In this document: positions 51,108 to 64,000 of the stretch, in pieces | Position numbering within the stretch: the first letter of the stretch is position 1 | How the letters are laid out: the number at the start of each line of letters is the position of its first letter | Assembly (NCBI GenBank): GCA_050084985.1 | Contig: JBITNC010000002.1 | Span: 11,160,001 to 11,224,000, forward strand | Direction of reading: 5' to 3' | DNA length: 64,000 nt | Origin: Nageia nagi | Lineage: Eukaryota; Plantae; Pinophyta | Program-made: the position numbers and the translations under genes | The notes under the pieces: model-generated | Told to the model about the DNA's origin: nothing | Databases searched by the model: none | What the model saw: the letters and a program-made list of their open reading frames with translations, nothing else

Positions 51108-52840
51108 TTTTTAAAATACTTCAAATTTAAAATCACATAAATATTTAAAATATGAAAGACAATTAAAAGTACACAATTTGTAATTTTTAAAATAATCAAA
51201 GAATAATAAAATCCCTAATTTCCATTTAAAATATACTAATCATAATCTATCATAAACCCCAAGGAAAAATACATGTTAGAATTCAAAAAGGCAGAGCATA
51301 TGGGGCCTTCTAATAGACCCTATGTGCATTCTGAAGCATATTAGACATAGGACATGTCAAAGGTGTCAAAAGGCCATTTTTCGATGATTGCTTTTTTAAA
51401 AAAAAAAAATTTACATGGGTGGCGATTCTATTTTAATTTTTTTTTGGTGTAATCATCAGGTAATTTCGTAAAAAAAATATATAAAATAAAAAACACTAAG
51501 TGTTAGATTCAACAAAAGACTTTAACATGATTTGAACTCAAGCCACTAGTTTTCAAATTTCAATGCTTTAATCATTATACCATAACATAGATGATGAAAA
51601 TGATAATAGGTGGATCAATTTTATTTTAGAAAAAAAATCTTATGGAGAATTGCCTAGCAATTATAGAGAATCTCCTAGAGAATTTAGAGAATCTTTTAGC
51701 AATTCTACTAAAAAAATTCAAAAATAAAGAGGAAAATCGCTTGACAAATATGGAGAATCACTAGGTGATCCTCTATAATAAAAATTTATAAAAAAAGTGG
51801 TCGTTAGAAAGTAGCCATCTAACACTTCTATTTCTAATAGGTGTCAGAAAAGACAGTTATGGGTAGGGGTCGATTAGCAAGCCATAATGCTTCTCCATTC
51901 AAAAGGGGTTGCATTGTAAATGAGGTAAAAGAGGTCAAAAGGGAAAATACAAGATTCGAGGAGGCTTGATGCATCCCACACTACATGTAAAGTACATAAG
52001 AAATATGGTAGGTACATTGGCTTCCCAAGCCATACGCAACCCCCCCACATGCATGCCCAACCTACATTGGCATTGGGAGGGCCCTAAAGCTAATGTAAGG
52101 CTCCAAAGGGGTGATCAATGCCATATTGGCCTTAGGATGCTCCCAAGCCATAAATTGGCTACCCCCCTCCTACAAAAAAAACCACTAACCTATTAAATAT
52201 CCTACATAGATCCTAAGTTGCCTAGAAGGGATACAACGATTATACACATGAATTTCAAAGTAGGCCATAACTAATAGAAAAACCTATCATAAAATTCAAT
52301 ACATGGCTTTTAAAATCTACATTATTATTTTAGAAAAAATAGATAAATCTAAAACCCCTATAAATAAATTAATAGAATATTCTTTATGATTTTCAAGGAG
52401 AATATATGGTATTCTAAGCAGGTAGGATACAAAAACCATAAGCTTATTTATTTGTTTCTTATCTATAAAATGAAAAATATTGAAATAGATTTAAAAAGAA
52501 AGTATTTTCTTTCTAAGACCAAAAAAGTAATAATATTACATTACTAAGTTCATAATGGATAAACCCAACCTTGATTATCCTGCAATTGTACTCTTGCTCT
52601 AGCTCTATCCTGATAATGTCTCCTTGCACTTGTCCCAAGATACTAAAGAATACCCCTTAAGTCTTATTTATATGTTTTTGTGTAGAAATTAGAATTTAGA
52701 TTTTTATTTAATTATTTAAATTGCATGCTCTTCCAACTTGAAGTTAATTTATATGCTAGGGGTTAGGATAATTATCCATTGAGATTTATAAATCACTACA
52801 TGCTTACTTAGTTAACTAGAGTCTAATTATGTTAGGCCCT

Positions 52841-55590
52841 TAATAGTAGAACCAACAATCCCACCACAAGAATCACCTCAATAGGCTATTTACATATCCT
52901 ATGATTCTTGTATCCTCTCTTGGATTGTTTTATAACTCAGTAGGGGGATAGATTGATTCAAAATTGACATCCCTTTAAGTTCCCAACAATTCTCCAACTT
53001 CCAAATGCTTCAAAATGACTCAAAACACTTCACCTTCCATTCATACATGATTTGTTTTCCTAGCATAGGCACTAGGCTTATGGCATGTTGGGTGTATAAG
53101 CAAGTAAAAGTTTGAGTGTTAGGTCGGGTGCCACACAAAGTGTCAGGTGAACGGTTGGGTCTTCATCAGCATCCACACTAGTCTTTTTAAGTAATAATTG
53201 GTCCATAGAATCATTTTGATATATAAACATGCCAAACTGATCAAATTCAAAATATTAAATCCAAATTCCTTAGAAACACTAGCACAGGCACTAGCATGAG
53301 AGTGGGTGCTACTATTAGCATTGGCAGTTTTGATAGTTCTATAGAAAATGCCTTGGATGGTGATCAAATATTCAACAAAAGTAGGCATGCATATACTCCT
53401 TGTAAAGGTATTTTTGAGCACTATCCAATGAAAAGAGAATCAACTCCATTGAATATATCTATCAAAATTTATTCCTTCCCAAAGATGATGCATCTATTTT
53501 GTGACTATTTTCTAGCCACAAATTTGCACAAACCAATAGCAAAATATTCCAAATACCACTCAAGCATGAGAATGTGCCAACTCCTCACTCCAATGATATT
53601 TGGTCTTGATTCATATAATCTATTTTAGATCACACCTCCCCAATGAGCAAGAATTTGGTCCCCAAATGCTTAGGGACTTTATGAGGAAACAATATCCCCT
53701 CTTATAACAACCTTCAATGGTCAATTAATTGAAAGGAGATAGTACAAACAACAAGGTAGAATTTATAATGCCTCTAAAAATATTTGAAATACCTCCTCAA
53801 CCAACTGAACCAGGTTTACAAATTATTCTCCATGCTACCAATGTTTAGTACAACTTAGATAATGATTGGTGAACCTCCATTTCTCTTTTGTAATTTTTGT
53901 GATCCTAGCTTTACCTTACTCTTTAAAGCTTATTAGACCAACTGGCAATGAAGGAACTCTTTGGATATTTTTAAGAGTTGATCAATATTGGAAGAAACTG
54001 CAAACTAAATAAAATCTAAGTGCTATATCATTTTTTACCATTCTTACACTTTTCAATTTTGATAGTCTTTTTCAATCCCTCTCTTGACCAATCTAAACTT
54101 GGGCCTTTTCTTCATAAATTTTTTCCTCATAACTTCTCTCAAAAGAACACTACATAGTCCTAAGGCAATCTCAACCAGTTCTAATACCACTTGATCTATA
54201 ATTTTTTTAAGTTTATAGCTTAAGAGAAAACATCACATACAAATTTTTGATTTTATTCCTTTAATTTTCTCAGTGCTCTCTATGTTCTTAATATGCACAA
54301 ATTTGAAACATAAATGCACATCCACATAAAGAATACAAGTATTTTTATAGAGGTTCCTATCATTGTTTTGAAAGTACATCTCCTTTTAATGGCTTATCCC
54401 ATGATCTAGAACTTTCTCTGCCATCATGTTTGTGAGAGACTTTTATATCTCCTTTCAAATCACTCTCTTGGCCAACATTATCTCTCTTTTACATTTCTTG
54501 TTCATGTACTAAACTCACACATTATACCTCTCACAAATATAACATACTCTCAACAATGCAACTAACACTATTACATCATTGATCTTCTTAATAAATAAGA
54601 AATAAAATAGCACAAAATGACTATGATGTTATTAACCCTATACTATGGCTATACAACTTGATTATGATGGCTATGACATTTTCCATCATCTAATCAATAT
54701 TACAAAATGGTGATGGAGAAGGTTTTCCCTTCTTATGCAGTTCTCCTCTATCTTCAACAACATTCTAGCCTCTATCAACAACCTCATACTCTACTAATAG
54801 TAGAACCAACAATCCCACCACAAGAATCACCTCAGTAGGATATTTCCATCTCCTATGCTTCTTGTATCCTCTCTTGGAGTATTTTATAACTCACTAGAGG
54901 GATATACCTATTCAAAATCTATGTCCATTCAAGTTCCCAATAGTTCTCCAACTTCTAAATGCTTCAAAGGGACTAAAAAAACTTCACCTTCCATCCATAC
55001 ATGATTTTTTTTCCAGCATGGGCACTAGCCTCAATGTTGGCGCTAGTATGTTGGGTGTATAAGCAAGTGAAAGGTTGGGTGTTGGGTCAGGTGCCACATG
55101 AACTGTTGGGTGAATGGTTGGGTCTTCATTAGTGTCTACGTTGGTATTTTTAAGTAATAATTGGTCCATAGAATATTTTTTTATATATAGACATTCCAAA
55201 CTAATCAAATTCAAAATCCTGCATCCAAATTCCTCAAAAACACTAGCGCAGATGCTAGCATGATCATGGGTGCTACTATCAACGTTGGCAATGGAAGTTT
55301 TAAAAGTTCTGTAGAAAATGCCTTAGATGGTGATCAAATATTCAATAAAGGTAGGCATGCATAAGGTATTTTCAAGCATTATCTAATGGAAACAAGAATC
55401 AACTCCATTGGATATCTTTATCAAAAGTTATGCCTTCCCAAAGATGACTGATCTATTTTATGGCTATTTTCTAGCCACAAATTTTCACAAACTGATAGCA
55501 AACTGTTCCAAATACCACTCAAGCATGAGAATGTGCCAAGTCCTCACTCCAATGATACTTGGTCTTCATTCATATAATCTATTTTAGATC
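52841..55590. repeat. Diverged ~790-bp direct duplication (52841-53631 and 54795-55590)
   Basis: Both copies start taatagtagaaccaacaatcccaccacaagaatcacctca and end catataatctattttagatca; colinear throughout. Confidence 0.9.
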
Positions 55591-55609
55591 AATCCAAGCT
55601 TCTTGTAAG

Positions 55610-56140
55610 CGATGATGTCAAGACAGTGCTAGCTAAAGTAGGTTATGTAACCTTTTTGGAATTCTTTAATGGATATGACATAAACATCACACACCAAATG
55701 GAAAGTATTTGGGTGGAGGGAGTTGTTTCAGTGGGCATATTCACTTTTGACATTACAACGAAGTTGCTAGCCAAGATTACAAGGCTTTTGGATGATGGCT
55801 TAAAAATCCAAAGGGACAAGCATCCTCAACAAACAAAGTTGGACTTCTTTGGAAAAGATGAGAAGATAGGATGGAATGGGAAGTACATCCTACGTGAAGG
55901 GCTCCCTAAGCCTTGGAAAAAGGTGGCAGGGATAGTGATGAGCTATATCACTTTGGATACATAGATGATGTTGGTGCATGGCTACCATTTGGTCATATTG
56001 AGTCATATTAGTTGAAAGAAATGAGTAAACATGCCTCATTTTCTATTCAAGGAGCTGGAGAAGTCAACCAAGGACTTCTAAAGGGGAAGAACGAAGTATG
56101 CTCTACACGAAGGACTATTTTTTATTATTGTAAAGCACAT
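55610..56140 (+). pseudogene. Fragment of a retrotransposon-associated accessory ORF (plant transposon protein-like)
   Basis: FLEFFNGYD..LPKPWKKVAGIVMSYITLD..VHGYHLVILSH..VNMPHFLFKEL resembles extra ORFs carried by conifer LTR elements. Family assignment is from memory, not from a search. Confidence 0.5.
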
Positions 56141-59100
56141 GGAGAAGAAACAAGGATGGATGGAGGACCTAAATGATTTTCTACCAAAGAAGGAGGAGGA
56201 CAAGTCATGTGCGGATTTGGGCTTGCCAAGAAGTCGAGACAAGCGCAAGAGGAGTAGTAGAAGGGATGTAGAGTCTAGTCATTGGAGCATGGGATATAGA
56301 GGTAAAACAATGGCCAAGGAGGACTTTAGAAAATATTTGGAATACATTCTATTGAGGTTGCCAATGGAGGTTAAGGTGAAAGGCAAATAAAAAAATTGAA
56401 ATCTGGAAAGGCTCTACTGCTAAGGGAGATAGGCTCCCTTCGTGGAATGTTGTTATCGAGGTTGAGGAACATCATAGCTAAAGTGGACAAGCTCTAGGAG
56501 TTGGTTTGTGAGGATATGGAACTATAGCAAGTTTTGGAATGTTGATGCATGGATTGATAATGGAAAGATCATGTATTGGGTGATAATTTTGGTGCTTGTG
56601 TAAGACTACATGTAGTAGTATGGATGTTGATGGGCATATTAATATGTAATAGGGTATTATGTTAGGAATATGGTTGTTTTTCTCTATGTTGTATTGAAAA
56701 TCAAGGCAAATATGGATGTAACATGGTTATTGGTTCCCTCTAAAAACCACCTATTAATATACATATAAAAAACTAGAGGCTAGTTATGCATGGAAAAATA
56801 TCTCCTAAATAAGCTAATTATTAATTATAGATATTATTATTTTTAACCTATGCTCACTATTAATTCCACTTTAGTTACACAATTATCTTATAGCTAATTT
56901 TATATGAGATTAATTACACTTAAATAAATCATTATTGTTTTTTGATAATTTATCATTATTAAAATCTAATAATGAAAATAACAACATTGCTTGGGTATTT
57001 AAATAAATTAATGCCTAATAATGATTTTTAGATAGTATATCATTATTATTATATAGTAATAACAATGATAATTTTACATAAGTATTAAATAGTAAAAATT
57101 AATCAATTACTTAATATTTAATAGCTAATAAGTATACACCTTAATTTGCCTAGTTAGTAATTATTTTAAATGTCACCCTACCATACTAACATCAATTGTT
57201 AGGGGTTTCCTGACATATTTTTATTTTACTAACATCTTGGGAAAAATCATAAAGTTTACATAAACATATTAATATCAAGAAGATAACACACCAAGAAAGA
57301 CACCATTTTATAATTCTAAGAGGCTCCCATTGAAGTGGTTATCCTTGCCTTATGCAACTACATGTAGGTTATCTTACTATGGGTGTTGTCTTGAGTATTC
57401 ATTTAGATTTAATGGTCTTTGAATCGCTACCAGTTTGTCTGACCCATCCATTCATTAGCATCTTGCATTCATGTACATGTTCCTGCACATTACAATAAGT
57501 GTCTTGATAGTAACATGTATTATAATAATAATATTGTAGGATTAGTTTTCAATGCTCCTATCTTGAATATTCATAACATCATAAATAAATGCACACTGAA
57601 CTGCATCATTACTAATCATAAGCACAAGTGTCTAGTCTCACACACCAAAGCATCAACGAAAACATAACAAAGAAATCCATGGTGAGTTTGGGTTGTGACA
57701 CAGCCATAACAAAAAGCAAAGGAGAACATATCCAATAATGGAAAAGATCACATACTTGTTAAAGAGGATGAACAAGATAACAATAATAGGGAGAGGGTTA
57801 CCATAAAAGGGTAGATAATAACCATGACTTGGTAACCATAGCAGAATAAAGGTCCAAAGAAAATGACAAGTCTTCCCCTATGGAGCAAATTGTAGAAAGT
57901 GAGGATCTTTGGAAAGAAGATGAACAACCACATGACTCGAGGACACAAATGTAGGAAAGAAAAAATTAAAAGAATGAAGGGTAGAAACAAGTCAAATCTA
58001 AAAAGAGATAAGTTTCACAATAGAATACGTGCTCAAAAATTAAACCAGACTCTAAAGAATTAATAGTGAAAGAAACACAACTCCTCAAAAGTGATTTTCG
58101 GATAACACAAAGTGCATCAAAGAAGACAATCATAGGATAAAGACATGTTGGATGCCCGAATGAAGGAGAAATTAGAGAGAAATAAACTTCCAAGGAGGTT
58201 GCAGATGAAAATTAATCAACATTAGATGGTTTTGAGATAGGAATTCTCCTTAAACCAAGAAAGAAATGAGATACCCATAGAATATTGTTGATCTAGATGC
58301 TACAGTTTTGGTAGAAGACTCATTAAAGACGGGAGAGCTCTCCAATAAATTGAAATATGTAAGAAATTGATGTCCAACATGTTTTATGGGACACCATGCA
58401 ACATTTAGAAAGAACATCTTAATATTGTAAAATAAACAATGGTAGCATGTTGCCAAAGTTGTTGCAAATTTGTAATAACAAGTTTAGGTACTATATAAAA
58501 ACCCCTTTAAATTTAACCAATGACCATTATTTTGGTCTCCGCAAAAAAATAAAAAAAATAAAAAATATTTCTCAAATAATTAAGTTTTACAATAAAATCA
58601 AGTTTGTTTTGGTTTTCTTGGTTTAAGATTTCATGGATCAAGCTATAATTACAAATATGTTTGTAGGTTTGTATAATATAATTTGTAGGTGGGAAAAAAT
58701 AGAAAATGAGTCTTATCCTCTATGGCTTTTAAGTTACAAAACTTACAAATCATTTTATCCCACTGTGATTTAGGTATTGTCCATCTACCAATTTCACTAT
58801 GTAGTTTGTATGAATTAGTTTACGATTACATGTGCATGTTTGAAAATATTATAATTATTAAATAAATATTGAGATTTTTATTTATTAAAATGTAATTTTT
58901 ATGAATCTCAATGTTGATTCTTTCTATTATTTTTATAGTTTTATTTTTTGAATGTTTATAGAATGTTATGTTGGATTTGATATCAATCTTTGCAAATGAG
59001 AGATTTACTTCGATGGGTATGATTCCTCAATGGTAGTGAAACCTCATCAACAATATAAAAATATTGTAAAACCTTTGATAAAAAGGAATTATTACATAAC

Positions 59101-60513
59101 AAATAAATGTAATATCAATATTGCAATCTTAACATGTTTTAAGAATACTCTTGAGAGAAGTTGAGGATTAGGTGATAATTAGAGTGTTAAATCATCAACA
59201 ATGAAAAGCCAATCTTTTTTAAATATGGTTAAGGTGGGTTTTATTTTTTATACATGTATGAAGCTCACCTAAAGGACCTCTTGGTTAATAGATCCATGTA
59301 AGACAACATTTAAAGCTTAAAATTTTAAATTTAAGTTTGTCATAAACAATATAACATTTTTAGGAACATTATAGCAATTTTGAAGATGGTTGATTCAAGA
59401 ACCAAAAGCAAGTAAGTTAGAAATTTAAAATTAATCTTAGATTTTAGTTTTTTTATGTTAATATATAAATTTTAAATTGTTTATTTTAATATAATGTGTA
59501 GATATTTTTTACAAATGTGCAAGTTAAATTGAATTTTGTTAATATTATCATTGTTTTCTAGGGATTTGTAATTTATACTTCAATAATCCTCAAAGTTCTA
59601 TTCAGTATTACTGATATCTTAGATGCAATTTTTATTTAAGAATTTGAAAATGTATATGATTGGCTTAATATAAATATTAATTTTAGCAAAATATTAATCT
59701 AGTATAATATTATCATATAACAAATAGTTATATAATATTCTCAACCTTAACAACTAGGACATCCAAAATATTAATCAAATCTCAAAGAAACTTTAAATTA
59801 TATTTTTTAAAAATTTAAAAAAACTCTTAAATCAACAACAAGGTATATTGATATATATAGTTAAAGTGCTCATAATTGTGTAGTAAAAAATACTTAACCA
59901 TCACTATTGTAGAGTGATATGGATGCATATTTAGAAAGTGAACTCCATGAGAGAAAAACCCTAAGTAGCAATCAAGTGAATGTGAACATCATGGAATGGA
60001 GTCCTATCTTTATCATCAACCCTCATCTTGTGGTTTCATTTGAGGATGGCAATTTTGAATTTGACAGTAGCACTCTACAACATATTGCGATTATATGTAA
60101 TATTTGGTAAAAGAGATCTAGTTTGGAGAAATTCGATGAATATGCAAAGAAACAATGGGCCGAGGATGCAAGGGTAGCCAGGGATGCCAACAATTTCTTC
60201 TTTGTTCTCTTTTGAAATCAAATGGAGAGAGATAGGATTCTTTAAAGAAAACATAGATGGTTCTTCAAATAGAAAAGCATTTTTTTGCACCCCTATAAAT
60301 TAGGTTTTTATTTGTGTAAGGAAGAGATAAGGTTATACTATTTGGATTAATTTATACAATTTTCCTATAGAGCTTTGAGGAAAAAAACTCTTTAAAAAAT
60401 CGGCAACGCAATTGGACATTACCAGTTCACGAATAATCAAACCAAAGCGAATTTATCTAAAAATTGAATTATGAGTAATGCTTGATTGGTAGTATGAATG
60501 AAAACATCCTCCC

Positions 60514-60608
60514 CATGCCCAAAGTCCATTATGTTGTGTTCACAATGGTGTGAATGGGCCCATGCCTGAAGTCCATTATGTTGTGTTCACAATGGTGTGA
60601 ATGGGCCC
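60514..60608. repeat. 47-bp tandem duplication
   Basis: catgccYRaagtccattatgttgtgttcacaatggtgtgaatgggcc x2. Confidence 0.9.
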
Positions 60609-62099
60609 AAAATATTAAGTATGAAAACTTTTATATGCATTGTTTCAATTTTCAATAGAATCGACACTTGAAGCACAACTACACAAACTAACAATATCAA
60701 CCTATAAAAGAACTAAAAGTTAAAGGTACCTAGAATGGAGAATCTCCCTCAACAAAAATAGAGGTCTCAATCTTAGGTTTCACAATTGAACCATACTACA
60801 AAAGAAAGCATCTAGAAATATGGAGAGTACTTCTTAGTCCTGTTAAAGGCTCAAGAAGGCTCAATGACTAGGGAAACTTTGGACTCTTATTTTAAGAAAA
60901 ATAGGTCTCAACACTACAACCTTTCAATGAAAAAAATATCATCGAATGGGACTAATGAAATAGTAATTGAGACTCAATCTATAGCCCCTTCATATTAGTA
61001 GGGATCAAACAAGAAATCTAGGTACAAAATAACTACTAACATATCTCCAAACCAATCAATGAAAATAGCTTGCAATTCTAGATAAATAGTCAACTTGAAG
61101 TATGAAACATTGAAAAATGATTTAGAGTTTGGGACATGTAGATACTATCTTTGAAGCTTCAACTATAAGAATGTATTCTCAGATCTAGATGCATTACAAG
61201 TGTATGAATAGCTACAGTTACTATTGGAAGGTGATCGTAGAAAACAATATACTCATGGATTAGTGAATACCTAACCAAAATGACTAATGTATTAAATATG
61301 TCTAATATGTAACATATTGGAAATCATTTTTTGTAAATACAAGTTTTGGGACCCTATATAAAAAAACCTTTTAATAAACTTACCATTGTCTAAAAAAAAT
61401 CAACTTAAAGTACTCATTTTTACCAAACAAGATATAGCTATGAGTCCCAATATTATCTTAAATAATAATATATTAATATAAACCTTACTGCGTAAGCCAT
61501 ATATTTGATCTCATATATTTTATCAACGTAGAGCATATATCAAGGGTATCCTGAGTTCAAATTTTGAACCAAGGATGAATCTAAGCCTATTAAAAAACCT
61601 CAAACTTTATAAAGAAACATATGTTGGGAATTTAAAGCTTAAATTATATTTTTATATAATAGTTATATAAAGAAACACTTATATATGCATTAGCCGTAAG
61701 TGAGAATATTTTTATATAATATTTATTATTCATTATGAATATTATGTAATTTTAGTTCAAAATTTTACATGATTTGTTTTGTTAAATATTTTACCATTTT
61801 AGAAATATTTCATGTTATAAATGATATAAATGTTGAGTATGCAACTCAAATGTGACCCCACCCCTTCCCCCTTTTCTTCTCTAGCCCCCTTTTTTTTACG
61901 AATAGAATCTATTGCATGAATTTTAAACTCCCCTTCCCCACCCCCCCACTCCGCCCCCTCCCCCCCCTTATAAAATACTTACCAATATATAGATAGCTCA
62001 ACTTGGTATTAAAAATACCCTTGTATGCACTCATATTGTATTTATCATTTCCTAACAACGAATCCCCTATTAATATACAGGCCTATGGATCATAAGAGA

Positions 62100-62960
62100 G
62101 ATATAACTTCTCAGTACCAACATGAATTAATGTCTTTACTTGCAAGCTACATTGAGGATTTGAGTGCTAGGATAGGGTATATCTTTGATTCAGAAAATGT
62201 TGAAATCATGTGATGAATCTAGTTCAAAAGCTTGATATTATGGAATAACACTAGAGCCAACATGGGGTATGTGTCAAATTCATCCAAAATGATGGAATGA
62301 GGGATATCTCTTTTGGCTTGAATGGAACTTGAGAGCAAGTTGACCAAAATCCTCTTGATGCAGGCCCAACTCCCCCAAACTTCACATCCATAAAGCAAGG
62401 CCAAAGAGACAAGAGCATGGAAACTATTAATTTTTGCCATGATATTATGGAATTGGAGTTGAACACATTCTCTACCGAGTGTGACAAATATAACATAGAT
62501 TATTTTAAGATGTTGGGATCAAGCTAAAAGTACGACCTATGAAGAGCACACCCAAATAGGTATAAGAGGGCATTGTCTTGATAAGTTGCCTTTGGAAAGT
62601 TAGTTGAATTTTGGAAGCATATACTCTTAACATATTGAAGGACATCACCTTCGTAGTACAAAAGGTACTTAGTGTATCAAAGTAACGTTGAAGCTTATTT
62701 TTTGTATGATATAGCTAAATGACATCTACAAAGAGTGAAATTGAGCCAATGGAACCATCCAAAAAATAACCCACAATTGGTTCCAGGGTGTTTAACATTA
62801 GTTGTCTAAGATCATTAGTATAGAACCCAAATAGAGGAGGTGAGAGGGGGTAACCTTGTTTGACACCAATAATGTTATAGAGCATATTGGATAAGTGAGA
62901 ACTAACTCGAACTTGGCTAACTACCTATTAATATAATGTCATGACAAGGGATATGACATT
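62100..62960 (-). mobile_element. Older, AT-rich fragment of an RTE-X-like LINE RT
   Basis: GVKQGYPLSPPLFGFYTNDL (62810-62870); ALVSLALLYGCEVWG..KRIL..AKRDIPHSIILDEF, homologous to LYEVKVWG..ERIL..SKRTIPHPIVLAEFG in the 8768-11635 copy. Confidence 0.75.
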
Positions 62961-62999
62961 TTAAATTTGCAACATATGGGTAAGACATTAATGTATCAT

Positions 63000-63912
63000 G
63001 TACACTCATCCCTACAATAGTACAACAAAAGATACAATTTGGTTGATGGATCCTTCACATGGCTCAACATGGAAAACCACTTCTTCTAGAAGCTATAATA
63101 AAAGACTCCACCACTCACTGTGTACCAAGGAACCCCTTGTAATAACTCCACTTAAGTGTCTTCAACACATAATCTTGGCACCTTCTCATTCATTGCATGT
63201 TCATGGAATGCATGTTATTTGGAATGGTCTTTATTCATTCATTAGTTTTTATTATTGTTGTTACTCAACTAAAACCTCATTTACCTATGACATTGAATGA
63301 GGTGAGTGCTTACCAATAGTCACTCATGAGTGCCCAATGGTACCACATATCATCTGTTTTGGAAGACAATCCTTCATAGCTTGCATGGATGCAATCTATC
63401 CATAGTCTCAATTGCACAAATGGACACTTTGTGATCCATAGTTTAATCATTTTGATTCACAACAAAAGGATGTAGAGACAATCTTTGTAGTTGTCCAAAT
63501 TTTTTAATGGCTTTGTATGGGTTGTCTTTGAAGACCCATTATTGTAATCAATTGAACCTTATAACTACAATGGTGCATTTGTTCCTTCATCCCATTAATA
63601 AGACCATGGGACCGTTCTTTTATCCATGGTAGTGTTGGTTGCCTGAGATGCATTATAACCAACATGATTTTGCATGTGAAGAACCACCCATGTTTGTAAT
63701 TTTTTAAGTATGAAGTTTGTAATAGTGTATTTGGAGAAATAGAGATCGTTTCATTCCATCTTTGGCATTCATTGATTGAATTTCTATTTTTATCCATATT
63801 GTGTATTTACCTTTCTAGAAAAATATGTTCACTACATTTTTCCATATTTTTCTACAAAGATAACATGTTACCTTTTTCTAGAAACTTAAACTTTTTAGTT
63901 GGTATTAGAGCT
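63000..63912 (+). mobile_element. Possible LTR followed by a tRNA-Met PBS
   Basis: TGGTATTAGAGC at 63900-63911 (a second PBS-like TGGTATCA at 63964). LTR boundaries not established. Confidence 0.35.
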
Positions 63913-64000
63913 TTATGCTTTTGTTCACCATTCTTGATGCATCACAACTTTAAATTCTTAAATTGGTATCATAACCAATCCAATCTACATGGGTTCAATG

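Noticed and set aside
50996-51199. ORF with a (VC)n run
   Set aside because: This is the translation of the (AC)n microsatellite.
51490-51590. Minus-strand tRNA-like A/B boxes (TGGTATAATGA..GAGTTCAAA)
   Set aside because: Too degenerate; no cloverleaf, tail or TSD could be supported.
58900-60300. Possible spliced exons of a CACTA TnpA or a host gene
   Set aside because: Short GT/AG-bounded GC-richer patches exist, but no recognisable motif or consistent frame could be assembled.

Overview
AT-rich, repeat-dominated eukaryotic DNA from a large-genome plant. A gymnosperm/conifer host is my inference from the giant intron, the style of the PPR fragments and the old, decayed LTR elements. There is one intact host gene: a two-exon Yippee-like gene on the minus strand (exon 1 15405-15506, exon 2 2204-2431) with a 12,973-bp TE-filled intron. 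About 780 bp upstream of it is a near-complete Galadriel-type chromovirus (16283-22881, TSD CAAGT). From ~24 to 44 kb is a four-level nest: CACTA transposase > non-autonomous gag/protease-only Gypsy (TSD CAAAG) > Copia (TSD AACRT) > young non-coding LTR element (TSD GATTT). PPR pseudogene fragments and decayed repeats follow. Three signals look most novel. (1) A tRNA-derived SINE (62-232) shares a 3' hairpin and a 17-bp terminal motif with an RTE-X-like LINE in the same window, suggesting a SINE/LINE partner system. (2) One Gypsy element has a 30-bp/decapeptide repeat ORF where RT-RH-IN should be. (3) A highly structured, poly(A)-tailed ~230-nt element carries a degenerate hammerhead-like core. 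All identities and alignments were judged by eye; no database searches were run.
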